Part shown: piece by piece, positions 19,621-28,992 of the stretch
Numbering within the stretch: position 1 is the first letter of the stretch
Layout: each line of letters begins with the position of its first letter
Assembly (NCBI GenBank): GCA_002787035.1
Contig: PCVP01000034.1
Location: 15,902 to 79,901, forward strand
DNA from: Candidatus Peregrinibacteria bacterium CG11_big_fil_rev_8_21_14_0_20_49_14
GTDB lineage: Bacteria; Patescibacteriota; Gracilibacteria; Peribacterales; Peribacteraceae
Direction: 5' to 3'
DNA length: 64,000 nt
The notes under the pieces: model-generated
What the model was told of the DNA's origin: nothing
The model's database searches: none
Seen by the model: only the letters and a program-made list of their open reading frames with translations
Made by a program: the position numbers and the translations under genes

Positions 19621-20358
19621 ATGTCTCAACGCATACGACTCCTCGGAATTCCCATAGATACTCTTACCGGGGAAGAGGCGTGTGCGCGCATGATCGGTTT
19701 TCTGGCAGGCGGTGCACAACACCACGTACTCACGCCCAACAGCGAGATGCTCGTTGCATCCGTACGTGACACGGATTTTCGTCGAGTGCTACAGGAGGGA
19801 GATCTGAATATTCCCGACAGTGCGGGGCTGCTTCTCATGGCAAGGTTTACGGGTCAGAAAATTCCCGAACGAGTAACAGGGGTGGATACCGTACGGCAAT
19901 TTTGTTCACAGCTTTCATCCGAGCACTCTGTTTTTCTTCTCGGAGCGGGAGAGGGGGTGGCGGAGCGTGCGGCCGACGCGCTGCGCGCCGCCAATGCGCA
20001 GTTGGTCGTAGCGGGAACATTCGCAGGCAGTCCGTCTCCCGAAGATGAAGACGAAATATGTGAGCGCATTCGAACGTCGGGTGCGTCGGTTCTTTTCGTT
20101 GCCTACGGTGCGCCCGCGCAAGATATGTGGATAGCGCGCACATTGAAAAATCTGCCCTCCGTTTCCATTGCCATGGGAGTGGGGGGAACGTTTGATTTTC
20201 TTGCCGGCAAACAGAAGCGAGCGCCGAAGTTTTTTCAGCGTTGCGGATTGGAATGGCTGTGGCGACTCATGCGCGAACCGCGACGAATAGGCCGCATAGT
20301 AACTGCGGTCATCGTGTTTCCTCTGTGTGTGTTGCGATACGGGAAAAATGCACCGTGA
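19621..20358 (+). CDS. WecB/TagA/CpsF family glycosyltransferase
   Basis: TPNSE, ERVTGVD, AYGAPAQD, GVGGTFDF and LEWLWRL motifs. Confidence 0.93.
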   Translation: MSQRIRLLGIPIDTLTGEEACARMIGFLAGGAQHHVLTPNSEMLVASVRDTDFRRVLQEGDLNIPDSAGLLLMARFTGQKIPERVTGVDTVRQFCSQLSSEHSVFLLGAGEGVAERAADALRAANAQLVVAGTFAGSPSPEDEDEICERIRTSGASVLFVAYGAPAQDMWIARTLKNLPSVSIAMGVGGTFDFLAGKQKRAPKFFQRCGLEWLWRLMREPRRIGRIVTAVIVFPLCVLRYGKNAP

Positions 20359-20389
20359 GATTTACTGAGCATTTTTCTAAAAACCAACA

Positions 20390-20881
20390 TTACAGCTTTT
20401 TAAGAAAGTCTATATACCGTTCTTGGTATCCTTTTTTACGATAGATATTTTGAGCGTCTTCGTTGGTGGCCAAACAGGAAATTTCTGCATACTCACATCC
20501 GCTTTCTCTGAAAAATTCTTCAATGCTTTCAAGGAGACTCGACGACACTCCTTTCCCCCGAAAAATTTCTGAAACAAACAGAGCGTCTATGATGCCTTGT
20601 TTTATGGGAAATTTACTCAGAGCGTCCACTCCTTCCGACTCCTCAATCGTTGCCATGAGATAGCCCGCGGGCTTTTTGTCTACGAATGCAATTAAAACTT
20701 TTCCATGAAAATCCGAAACTTTCTTTAAACGAGCTTCGATATACTTTTCTGCGTTGAAATCTTCTTTCGGGCGGAAGAGATGATGCGGATCTAAAGAGGC
20801 CATACGGTCTATTAATCCGGTAGCCATTTCAATCAGATATGCATGATCTTTTTTGCAATACTCTCGAATATCAGTGCTCAT
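20390..20881 (-). CDS. GNAT family N-acetyltransferase
   Basis: LFVSEIFRGKGV acetyl-CoA motif and N..A..IY.K.GY. Confidence 0.88.
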   Translation of the reverse strand: MSTDIREYCKKDHAYLIEMATGLIDRMASLDPHHLFRPKEDFNAEKYIEARLKKVSDFHGKVLIAFVDKKPAGYLMATIEESEGVDALSKFPIKQGIIDALFVSEIFRGKGVSSSLLESIEEFFRESGCEYAEISCLATNEDAQNIYRKKGYQERYIDFLKKL

Positions 20882-20940
20882 ACAAAAATAGTATCAGTAT
20901 CGGGTAGTACATCTCAATTCCGGAAACTCCTGTCGTACTT

Positions 20941-21264
20941 CTAACTATCTTCATGCAGCGACTCCACGCTTTCCACGTACCACTTCTCGGCTCCTTTTTT
21001 CAGGATAACAAGCTTCATTCCGTCCTTCGTTTCCGCCAGGTAATCACGTTGTGTTTCCGTTTCACGGAGCACGTCCACCGAGCGAATATCTTCGTCGGGT
21101 AGCAGAAGGTAAATGGCAATATCGGGCTTCTCTATGAGTGCCGCTTTCATATTCAGAGTCGCGCGCGCAAGACCCGCAGCGACAGATACGATGATCGCAC
21201 AGAGCACCACAGCCCAGCTGATGGTATTGAGAAACCGTAAGCGAGAAATCCTATGTATGTCCAT
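20941..21264 (-). CDS. hypothetical membrane-anchored protein
   Basis: One TM helix then a soluble domain. Start set at ATG 21264 to avoid overlap with gpmI. Confidence 0.6.
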   Translation of the reverse strand: MDIHRISRLRFLNTISWAVVLCAIIVSVAAGLARATLNMKAALIEKPDIAIYLLLPDEDIRSVDVLRETETQRDYLAETKDGMKLVILKKGAEKWYVESVESLHEDS

Positions 21265-21313
21265 AGATCGTAACATGATAGCAGATTTTTGGGAGGAGTG
21301 GTAGTGTAAGCCC

Positions 21314-22822
21314 GTGCAACGCGTTTGTCTCGTGATTATCGACGGCTTTGGCGTAGCCCCTCCCGGGCCCGGCAACGCGCGTACTTTGGCGAATATGCCG
21401 ACGATTTCTGCGATGGAGGAGTCCGTACCCAATGTGCTTATGCATGCGTCGGGAAACTCCGTGGGTTTGCCGGAAGGGCAGCAGGGAGCCAGTGAACCAG
21501 GACATCTTACCATGGGGGCGGGTCGCATAGTGTGGCAGCCGTTGGAAGAAATTAACCAGGCGGTGGCGAATGGAACGTTCGATGACAATGCCGTATTGGT
21601 CGGTGCGTGCGAACGTGCGGTAAAAAAGGGGGTTGCTCTGCACCTCATAGGTTTGTACTCCACGGGAGGAGTGCACAGCTCCGCCGAGCACTACAATGCC
21701 ATGTTGCGTCTCGCGAAGAAGAAAGGGGTGGAGAAGGTTTACTTGCATCTCATCGGTGACGGAAGAGACATGCCCGAACAGTATTTCTGCACCGACTTTC
21801 AGCTTCTGCAAAAAGAAATAGACAGTACCAAGCTCGGTATTGTCGCTTCTCTGGTCGGAAGATTTTTCGCCATGGACAGAGACAAGCAGTACGCAGACCG
21901 CACCAAAATCGCATACGATCTGCTTACCCTTGGCGAAGGGGAAACAGTGGAAGATGTGTGTGAAGGGGCCAAAGCTTGGTACATACAGGCGCCCGACAAG
22001 GAGAAGACGGACTACTACATTCGGCCTCTTACAACTCCCGCTTTCCAACCCATTCAAGAGGAAGACATTGTGGTGTGTGTGAACTTTCGCAGTGATCGCA
22101 TGATTCAAATAGTCCGAGCACTCGAAGAAGAAAGCTTTTCGGAATTTCCTCGCCCTGTTCGCGTGACGGATGTCAGTTGTATGGGGCCGTATTCCGAGCA
22201 CTTGCCGGTGGCTTTTCCTCCGCGGGAGGTGCCGCACACACTCGGGGAAGTGGTATCCGATGCGGGGTTGAAACAGCTTCGTGTAGCGGAAACAGATAAA
22301 TTTGCTCACGTGACATTTTTCTTCAATGCGCAGCAGCATGACCCGTACCCCGGGGAAGACCGTCTGATGATAGAGTCACCGAAGGTGCACAATTTTGCAG
22401 ACACTCCGAAAATGAGTGCGCACAAAGTTGCAGATACGGTCATAGAACAGGCGAAAAAAAGTGAGTACGACCTTATTGTTATGAATTTTGCCAATCCCGA
22501 CTTGGTCGGACACGGCGGTAAGTTGGATGCTGCCGTTATCGCATGCGAGACGGTGGACTCAGAACTCGCACGTCTTCTGCCCGCCTTGGAAGAAGCGGGG
22601 TACGAGTGGATAGTCACATCGGACCATGGCAATGCGGAGTGCATGCTGCTGGAAGACGGGAAAACGGCAAACCCGAGTCACACCGCAAATCTCGTACAAA
22701 CATTCGTACATTCCAAGCAGGTCACATCTTCGAAAGATCTGAAAAACTGCACAGGACTCAAAGATATAGCCCCTTTGCTTCTAAAGATGATGGGGCTTCC
22801 TGTGCCGAAGGATATGCGGTAG
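21314..22822 (+). CDS. gpmI: 2,3-bisphosphoglycerate-independent phosphoglycerate mutase
   Basis: IIDGFG, SEPGH, DGRD, AMDRD, NPDLVGH and SDHGN motifs. Confidence 0.96.
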   Translation: MQRVCLVIIDGFGVAPPGPGNARTLANMPTISAMEESVPNVLMHASGNSVGLPEGQQGASEPGHLTMGAGRIVWQPLEEINQAVANGTFDDNAVLVGACERAVKKGVALHLIGLYSTGGVHSSAEHYNAMLRLAKKKGVEKVYLHLIGDGRDMPEQYFCTDFQLLQKEIDSTKLGIVASLVGRFFAMDRDKQYADRTKIAYDLLTLGEGETVEDVCEGAKAWYIQAPDKEKTDYYIRPLTTPAFQPIQEEDIVVCVNFRSDRMIQIVRALEEESFSEFPRPVRVTDVSCMGPYSEHLPVAFPPREVPHTLGEVVSDAGLKQLRVAETDKFAHVTFFFNAQQHDPYPGEDRLMIESPKVHNFADTPKMSAHKVADTVIEQAKKSEYDLIVMNFANPDLVGHGGKLDAAVIACETVDSELARLLPALEEAGYEWIVTSDHGNAECMLLEDGKTANPSHTANLVQTFVHSKQVTSSKDLKNCTGLKDIAPLLLKMMGLPVPKDMR

Positions 22823-23785
22823 TTAAACGCAATTATTCATTCATCATGAACAACAATTATTACGTCTACGTTTACATTGATCCTCGAAACTACGAGGAGT
22901 TTTATTATGGAAAAGGTAAAGGAAATCGAATGAAAGCTCACCTCAATGATGAAAGCGATACGGAAAAGGTCAAAAGAATAAAGGCAATTCAAAAAGAAGG
23001 GCTCGAACCGATTATTAAAGTAATTGCAAAAGGCCTGACCGAAAGTGAAGCGTTTCTGATTGAAAAAACTTTGATTTGGAAATTAGGGAGAAATTTAACA
23101 AATATCTTGCCAGGCCATTTTGCTGACAAATTCAGACCACACAATACTTTGCACTTGAACCTTAATTGTTTTGATTTTGAGAACGGAATTTTTTATGTGA
23201 ATGTCGGCGAAGGAGAAACAAGGGCATGGGAAGATTGCCGAAATTTTGGCTTTTTAGCGGCCGGCCAAGGAATCCAATGGAGCGGTCCATTACAAACGCT
23301 AAATGTTGGTGATGTTATCGTGGCTTACCTAAAGCGAAAAGGTTATGTTGGTATTGGGAAGGTTACAGAAAAAGCCAAGCGCATTTTGGATTTCAAATTT
23401 GATGGCAAATCACTAAAAAGCCAAAATTTAGTCGGCCCTGATCTCTTCAAAAATTCCGATAACGAAAATTCCGAATATCTTGTCAAAATCAAATGGACTA
23501 AAAGCGTTCCTGCAAACGAAGCAAAATGGAAAAACAATTTTGGCCTTTTCACGACTCAACTAATCAAGGCATCTCTCGAAAACCAAATCAAAACAATTAA
23601 GTTCTTAGAAAAGGAATTTGAGGTGATCTTTCAAAATATAATGAATGAATAACAGCGTTTAACACGGGTTATGCGGCTCAGGCTGGCTCCGTTTTGATTT
23701 CCAATGAAGGTCGCCAGCCTTCGCCCAAATCGCCGGATGGGTGAAAAAAATTGTACCATCCGGCGACTTCGCACAAGCCGAAACG
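22823..23785 (+). mobile_element. solo integron gene cassette inserted at a secondary site
   Basis: Begins G|TTAAACGC (22822-22830). The inverse core GCGTTTAAC (23655-23663) is its exact reverse complement. Ends at G|TTATT (23785). Carries a single AT-rich promoterless ORF. Confidence 0.8.
22846..23652 (+). CDS. GIY-YIG (LEM-3-like) nuclease domain protein
   Basis: YYVYVYIDPR..FYYGKGKGNR..H, conserved E (AFLIEKTLI) and LTN. Start at ATG 22846. Confidence 0.85.
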   Translation: MNNNYYVYVYIDPRNYEEFYYGKGKGNRMKAHLNDESDTEKVKRIKAIQKEGLEPIIKVIAKGLTESEAFLIEKTLIWKLGRNLTNILPGHFADKFRPHNTLHLNLNCFDFENGIFYVNVGEGETRAWEDCRNFGFLAAGQGIQWSGPLQTLNVGDVIVAYLKRKGYVGIGKVTEKAKRILDFKFDGKSLKSQNLVGPDLFKNSDNENSEYLVKIKWTKSVPANEAKWKNNFGLFTTQLIKASLENQIKTIKFLEKEFEVIFQNIMNE

Positions 23786-23791
23786 TTATTT
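23657..23791 (+). repeat. attC recombination site
   Basis: R'' GTTTAAC just after the stop; imperfect L''/L' arms GGGTTATGCG / CGCACAAGCC; two internal hairpins; R' GTT at 23785. Confidence 0.75.
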
Positions 23792-24124
23792 TTTCAGAAA
23801 TCTCTCGAAGTGTTCCGAGTTAAACAGCGTCTTCACACGTGAAATATATACACGGCACCTTTTGAGTACAATGGCATTGTAGATGCGCCAGTATTCGCTC
23901 GGATCCATATCCATGCGAATGGTACATGTTCTCATGCATGTTACTTTCGGAGTCTTCATATCGCAGTGCAGTGTTTCCATCGTGCGGCGAAAGAACTCGA
24001 TTGTCAGTTGTTGCGCACGCAGAATTTCGCCGGATACAAGATGTTTCTGCATCCGTATTTTTCGTATTTCATCGGGCAGTTCGCAAACTAGGTAGTATCG
24101 GTCCACAGATGTGCATTGTATCAT
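23786..24124 (-). CDS. hypothetical protein
   Basis: 112-aa ORF whose TAA abuts the cassette crossover point; start uncertain. Confidence 0.45.
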   Translation of the reverse strand: MIQCTSVDRYYLVCELPDEIRKIRMQKHLVSGEILRAQQLTIEFFRRTMETLHCDMKTPKVTCMRTCTIRMDMDPSEYWRIYNAIVLKRCRVYISRVKTLFNSEHFERFLKK

Positions 24125-24179
24125 CTGTTTCTTTTATATCGAGGACAGGCTTTTGTGATTCCACTTCCTTCGCTAGTGT

Positions 24180-25508
24180 ATGCGGGTGCAGGAAATTACC
24201 TACCGTTCTCCGGATTTTTTCGACGCTATTGCATCGGAAGAGAGTACACATGTGCATCTTATTCTTATTGCGACCAAGCCCGATATCATTAAGCAGGTTC
24301 CTCTGTATAAAGAATTGCAAAGCAGGGGGCATCTTGTTGTGCTCGGTCATACCGGTCAGCACTACGATGAAAATTTAAGCGGAGGAATGTTAAAAGAGTT
24401 CGGTGTGGAACCGGATTTTAATTTAAATGTTCGCGGGGCATCGTACGAAGTCGTCAGCCAGATTATCGGAAGGCTCGGGTACGTAATGCAGGAACTGAAA
24501 GAGCGCGGAAAAACCGTTGTGCCGTACGTGCATGGCGATACCACAACTGCCATGGCGGCCAGCAATGCGGGTTTTTGCCACAAGTTTGCATCCGTTCATG
24601 TGGAGGCTGGTATTCGCACGCTCACTCCCAAATACAGGGAATTTGATCTCGGTGACCACGGTTTTGATTGTGCGGGGTGGCGTCGATTTCTTATGGATCG
24701 ACAGAACTGGGAGCAGGGAAGCCAAGAGCCGTACCCCGAGCAATTCAACACTCGTTGCAGCGAAGCCGCCACGGGCATACACCTGGCGCCCGTGGAGCTG
24801 GACAGGGAATGTATGTTGGGAGAAGGTTTTTGTGACGACAGAATATTTGTGGTGGGTAATTCCGTGGCAGATGCGACCATGGAGGCGATGGAACGTATGA
24901 ATTCGTCCACGGTCTTCGACCGGCATCCGCAGCTTGCCGACGGAGACTTCGTTCGTTTCTGCATACATCGCGGAGAGAACTGCACCAGTGAGCATCGTTT
25001 CAGATCCATCTACGATGCCATGAAATTATGCATAGAAGAGGGACGTAAAGTTCTGCTCATTTCTCTCTTCAAAACAGAGCAAGCTCTCACAAATTTCGGA
25101 TTGAAAGAAGAGGTGGAACAGCTGGCAAAAGATCATGAAAATTTTGTATACAGTTCCGTGTGGCCGGAATACGTGGATGTCATAGCGGCTATGAGCAGGG
25201 CATCTGTTTGTGCAACGGATTCGGGTTCTATGCAGGAGGAAATGAATGTGATGGGCATTCCGTGTGTAACACTGCGTTTCGGTTCCGACAGGTCGGAGTC
25301 TGCCATGGCAGGTGGGAATCTTATTGCACCGCCCGTGGACAGCGGCGTCATTCACTCACTTGTCACCTACGCGTGGGATAACGACGCAATGAAAAATGCT
25401 CCGAAACTTTACGGAGAGAATGTAAGTGCCAGGTGCATAGATGCCGTGGAATCCATTTTGGAAAAAGGAGAAGTATTCCGCAGTGATGACGAACGTCTTT
25501 CCCTGTAA
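24180..25508 (+). CDS. wecB: UDP-N-acetylglucosamine 2-epimerase
   Basis: ATKPDIIK, HTGQHYD, HGDTTT, HVEAGIRT, YPEQFN and TDSGSMQEE motifs. Confidence 0.9.
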   Translation: MRVQEITYRSPDFFDAIASEESTHVHLILIATKPDIIKQVPLYKELQSRGHLVVLGHTGQHYDENLSGGMLKEFGVEPDFNLNVRGASYEVVSQIIGRLGYVMQELKERGKTVVPYVHGDTTTAMAASNAGFCHKFASVHVEAGIRTLTPKYREFDLGDHGFDCAGWRRFLMDRQNWEQGSQEPYPEQFNTRCSEAATGIHLAPVELDRECMLGEGFCDDRIFVVGNSVADATMEAMERMNSSTVFDRHPQLADGDFVRFCIHRGENCTSEHRFRSIYDAMKLCIEEGRKVLLISLFKTEQALTNFGLKEEVEQLAKDHENFVYSSVWPEYVDVIAAMSRASVCATDSGSMQEEMNVMGIPCVTLRFGSDRSESAMAGGNLIAPPVDSGVIHSLVTYAWDNDAMKNAPKLYGENVSARCIDAVESILEKGEVFRSDDERLSL

Positions 25509-25514
25509 AAAATT

Positions 25515-26918
25515 ATGATGCAACGTGCTCGTGAGTGGCTCTCCGTTCTTCTCATCGGTTTACTGCCGTTGCACGCGTTGTTCGTCACTATCTGTACCAA
25601 GATGCTTCTCGGTGCGGGCCACGCTCCGCTGCCGGTATTGGCGCTATGGAAAGAGGTGCTTCTCGCCATCATTCTTGCGATTGCGATTTTTGAAATACTC
25701 CGCAGCAAGGAAAAGAGCGTAAAAGAAGTGTGCACTCCGGACAGGTTGGATGCATGTATTCTCGCACTACTCTTCCTTTCTGTTGTGGTGGGTGTGTTCG
25801 TACAGGAGAACTGGAAACAGTATCTTCTCGGACTGAAGTACGACTTCCTGCCTCTACTCGCCTTCATGGTGTTACGGAGGGTGTCGTGGTCTCAATGGTG
25901 TTCCTCTGTGTTTATAAAGGTGATTCTTTGGATCGGCGGAGCAGTTGCTTTCTACGGCCTTCTCAGCATGGTGCTCCCCATGGAATTTTTCCGTGCACTC
26001 GGATACAGCGATCTCCATTCTCTCTACCTTCCCGAAAGACCGTTGGCTGCGTTTCATCTCATAGGAGACAGCGGTGTGCGACGTATTCAGAGCACGTTCA
26101 GCGGCCCGAACCAGTTTGGCTTATGGCTGCTTTTGCCTTGGAGCTTTGGCATCGTGATTTTTTTCTCCGCGTGGTTCCGGGCGGAGTATCCGCTGCTGCG
26201 CTTTGGCGCGCAGCGAACACGCAGTCAGCAATGCATTTTGAGCCTGTTGTACTTGGTACTCATCGGTGGAGCAATGCTGCTCACATTCTCTCGCACCGCA
26301 TGGATTTCCGCCGCTGTAATCACGGTGGTATTCATTGTGAAAACATTGCCAAGGCCACGTGCAAAAATACAGCTCGTCCGCCTCTTGGGTGTGGGAGGTA
26401 TGCTGCTTGTCCTGCTCGTTATCAGTGCACCTGCAACCGTGGTACGTCTGGCATCCACGAAAGACCATATCCTCAAACCTCTCATTGCCGTCGGCGCCGT
26501 TGCAAGCCGACCCTTTGGGCAGGGTCTTGGCACCGCGGGTCCTGCGAGCAATCGCTTCAGCGATGCGTGTGTGTTTTTGGAACCATCCGCCGATCCTTCT
26601 TGGGCGACGGAAAGACAAGAGCTGTGTGTCTTCGTGGGAGACCTGCAAGTGCAACCGCAGAATCGCACATGCAACTGTCCGTTCGTAACGGAGAACTGGT
26701 ATTTGCAGATAGCCGTGGAAATGGGAGTGCTTGGGTGCATGATCTACATCATCTTTACGCTCTCGGTTCTCTTGCGCCTTGTTTCATCTTCCGCTTTGTT
26801 TCTGCCGTTCCTCGGTATTTCTACGGCAGGATTATTCTTACATTCTTGGGAATCCGGTGCGATTGCTTACACGCTGTGGATACTGATATCCGTTCAGCTC
26901 ACACCCAAGCGTTCCTGA
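25515..26918 (+). CDS. O-antigen ligase/polymerase (Wzy_C) family membrane protein
   Basis: Multiple TMs, RIQSTFSGPN, TFSRTAW, PFGQGLG and ENWYLQIAVEMG motifs. Confidence 0.85.
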   Translation: MMQRAREWLSVLLIGLLPLHALFVTICTKMLLGAGHAPLPVLALWKEVLLAIILAIAIFEILRSKEKSVKEVCTPDRLDACILALLFLSVVVGVFVQENWKQYLLGLKYDFLPLLAFMVLRRVSWSQWCSSVFIKVILWIGGAVAFYGLLSMVLPMEFFRALGYSDLHSLYLPERPLAAFHLIGDSGVRRIQSTFSGPNQFGLWLLLPWSFGIVIFFSAWFRAEYPLLRFGAQRTRSQQCILSLLYLVLIGGAMLLTFSRTAWISAAVITVVFIVKTLPRPRAKIQLVRLLGVGGMLLVLLVISAPATVVRLASTKDHILKPLIAVGAVASRPFGQGLGTAGPASNRFSDACVFLEPSADPSWATERQELCVFVGDLQVQPQNRTCNCPFVTENWYLQIAVEMGVLGCMIYIIFTLSVLLRLVSSSALFLPFLGISTAGLFLHSWESGAIAYTLWILISVQLTPKRS

Positions 26919-26920
26919 TT

Positions 26921-27457
26921 TCACACAACGTTTATTTGTGATGTCGTACCGGCCTCTGACTTTGGTGATGAGTCACTCATGGTAAATCCGGTGTGGTATT
27001 CCACAATCGCACGTGCGTTGCTCATGCATTCCAAATGCAGAGAAGCGAATTTGGATGCCCGTTCATCCAATGTGATTTTAAGTTCTCTTAGCATTGCACT
27101 CAGTTCCGCTTGGTACCCGTCTTTGATTGCTGCCAACTCGTTGGTCAAACCTTGTTGCAAACACGGATCTTCTTCCATTTTTTCTTTTTGTGCCGCAGCG
27201 TCTCCCCACATTCGCGGTCTGGTTTTCTTTCGTGCCTGTCGCAATTTTTGTACGGCAACTTCCGCTTCCGCAAGAAGTGTTGCCTTCTTTTCTTCTGCCG
27301 CCTGAAGCAATGCGATAAAAGCTGTCCGAAATTCATCTTTGTATTCCGCAAAGAGTCTTGCAGATCCCTCAATGAGCACAGCGTCCAATTCTTCATACTT
27401 CTTCGCTGCCGCACACGCTGTAAGAAATTTGCCATTCTGCATGTCAAGTATATTCAT
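26921..27457 (-). CDS. hypothetical helical protein
   Basis: 178-aa coiled-coil-like ORF. Confidence 0.6.
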   Translation of the reverse strand: MNILDMQNGKFLTACAAAKKYEELDAVLIEGSARLFAEYKDEFRTAFIALLQAAEEKKATLLAEAEVAVQKLRQARKKTRPRMWGDAAAQKEKMEEDPCLQQGLTNELAAIKDGYQAELSAMLRELKITLDERASKFASLHLECMSNARAIVEYHTGFTMSDSSPKSEAGTTSQINVV

Positions 27458-27553
27458 CCTTTTGCGCCGCAGTTGTCAAAGACATAGAAAGCTCTTTCGT
27501 ACGTCTTTCTTCAATAGTGGCTTTCTGCAGGGAAGCAGAGCGGCAACACGATG

Positions 27554-28057
27554 TTATGCTGCGCGTTTCATTGTACCTTCTCCCATATCTGCATCGGGCA
27601 GAGGGAGCACAGTTTTGAACGGATGTTCACCCAGTTGAGTCGGCTGCAACTCATGAAGAGCGGAGATGGCATGGGAAGATTCCAGCGCATCCTCACTTTC
27701 AAGCACGGCAAGTTTCACCATTGAAAGAAAATGAGTAACGGCAATCATATCAATGATCGTGGTCATCTCCGGTGTGCGTTCGAAAGCCGGTGCGATGTTG
27801 AATACATATGCGGTAACTGCAGCTTCCGAATCGATATGATCTTGTTCTTTTGCGGCCATTTGCCACTCTTCGTCTTCCAGACCATATGAGCGAATGTGGG
27901 CAGTGAGAGACAGAATTCTCCTCATACGGTTTTCAAATTCCACTTTATTGCGGTCCACAAGCAATGTTTCAAACAGATCATTGCACTGTTCTACAGTCGT
28001 AAGTGCCGCAAGTTCCGTAAGCCAGCCTTTGAGATTATGTTCTTCCGGTCGGTTCAT
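27554..28057 (-). CDS. hypothetical protein
   Basis: 167-aa acidic helical ORF. Confidence 0.6.
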   Translation of the reverse strand: MNRPEEHNLKGWLTELAALTTVEQCNDLFETLLVDRNKVEFENRMRRILSLTAHIRSYGLEDEEWQMAAKEQDHIDSEAAVTAYVFNIAPAFERTPEMTTIIDMIAVTHFLSMVKLAVLESEDALESSHAISALHELQPTQLGEHPFKTVLPLPDADMGEGTMKRAA

Positions 28058-28147
28058 ATGAGAAGTGACCCTTCATTATTCTCCGTACCGAGTATGCAGT
28101 CAAAAGACTCCGTAAGCTTTTTGTGCTGTTGTAACGGTAGACCATTA

Positions 28148-28894
28148 TTATGCCACTGCCTCTTGCGCATCTCCTCCGGACATCCTTTGTTTTGTCGGCA
28201 GTGCTTGCGGGTGCGGCACCTCCGGTCGCATGCCGAGCTCACCGAGGAGTTCTGTAAAGATGGCATCTGCTTCTCGTATCACTTCGCCGATACTTGCTCC
28301 TTCTGCAACCGCACGTATTTTATCTTGCTTCTCTGTTGTGGGTGCAAAGTCACAGAGTCTATCTATCCACTGCTTTCTTACGTCAAGCCAGTCACTATGC
28401 GCATCCAGTATGGTGTTGATTTCAGTTTCTGCGGCATCTCCCGTAGGAATGGACTCTACGCTTGGTTGCGGAGTAAGAGCCATAAGACACTCATCGCGCC
28501 ATTGATCATCGTTTTGAAACACCGCACTGTTCACACCCATTTCGTAGAGCAGTGCACGGATAGTAAGCATGATGTGCTTCGCTGCATCGTATTGAATTTG
28601 CTGCGAAGGTGCCTCGCAATTGCGTCGGAATGCACCGTGAAATTTATAAATAATACTCCCCGGTGCTCCGTCGAAGGGCTCTATAAGCACGTGAGAAAGA
28701 GCCATTTCGTGTTGCAGCGCTTCGCTTGCAACGTAGTTCATGACGATATTGCGCATGAGTCTTGTTGCGCATGCTCTGTGAAATTCCTGCGCAAAATTTC
28801 GCACTGTCGCGTCATCATCATCCAATGCCAGTTGACGCAAGGATGAGCGCTGTATGTCTGTAAGCCTGCTATCTAGATCGAATGCGGAATCCAT
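28148..28894 (-). CDS. hypothetical protein
   Basis: Start set at ATG 28894 (MDSAFDL) to avoid overlap with guaA; 248 aa. Confidence 0.6.
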   Translation of the reverse strand: MDSAFDLDSRLTDIQRSSLRQLALDDDDATVRNFAQEFHRACATRLMRNIVMNYVASEALQHEMALSHVLIEPFDGAPGSIIYKFHGAFRRNCEAPSQQIQYDAAKHIMLTIRALLYEMGVNSAVFQNDDQWRDECLMALTPQPSVESIPTGDAAETEINTILDAHSDWLDVRKQWIDRLCDFAPTTEKQDKIRAVAEGASIGEVIREADAIFTELLGELGMRPEVPHPQALPTKQRMSGGDAQEAVA

Positions 28895-28992
28895 GTGAAT
28901 GAGAGAGGTACAGTACCGCTCTCGAATATCATACGAAAGCACTTTGTCAGGTTCTTGTTGCCGCATATTTGGAGCCTCCGTACACTGTACCC

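Noticed and set aside
20390..20881. AT-rich GNAT gene as a second integron cassette
   Set aside because: No RYYYAAC...GTTRRRY attC structure is visible downstream.
22543..22845. N-terminal extension of the GIY-YIG ORF (369 aa in the track)
   Set aside because: It overlaps gpmI in another frame and crosses the cassette boundary; ATG 22846 is the plausible start.
25730..26941. 403-aa alternative-frame ORF
   Set aside because: It lies almost entirely within the O-antigen ligase gene and has no motifs.
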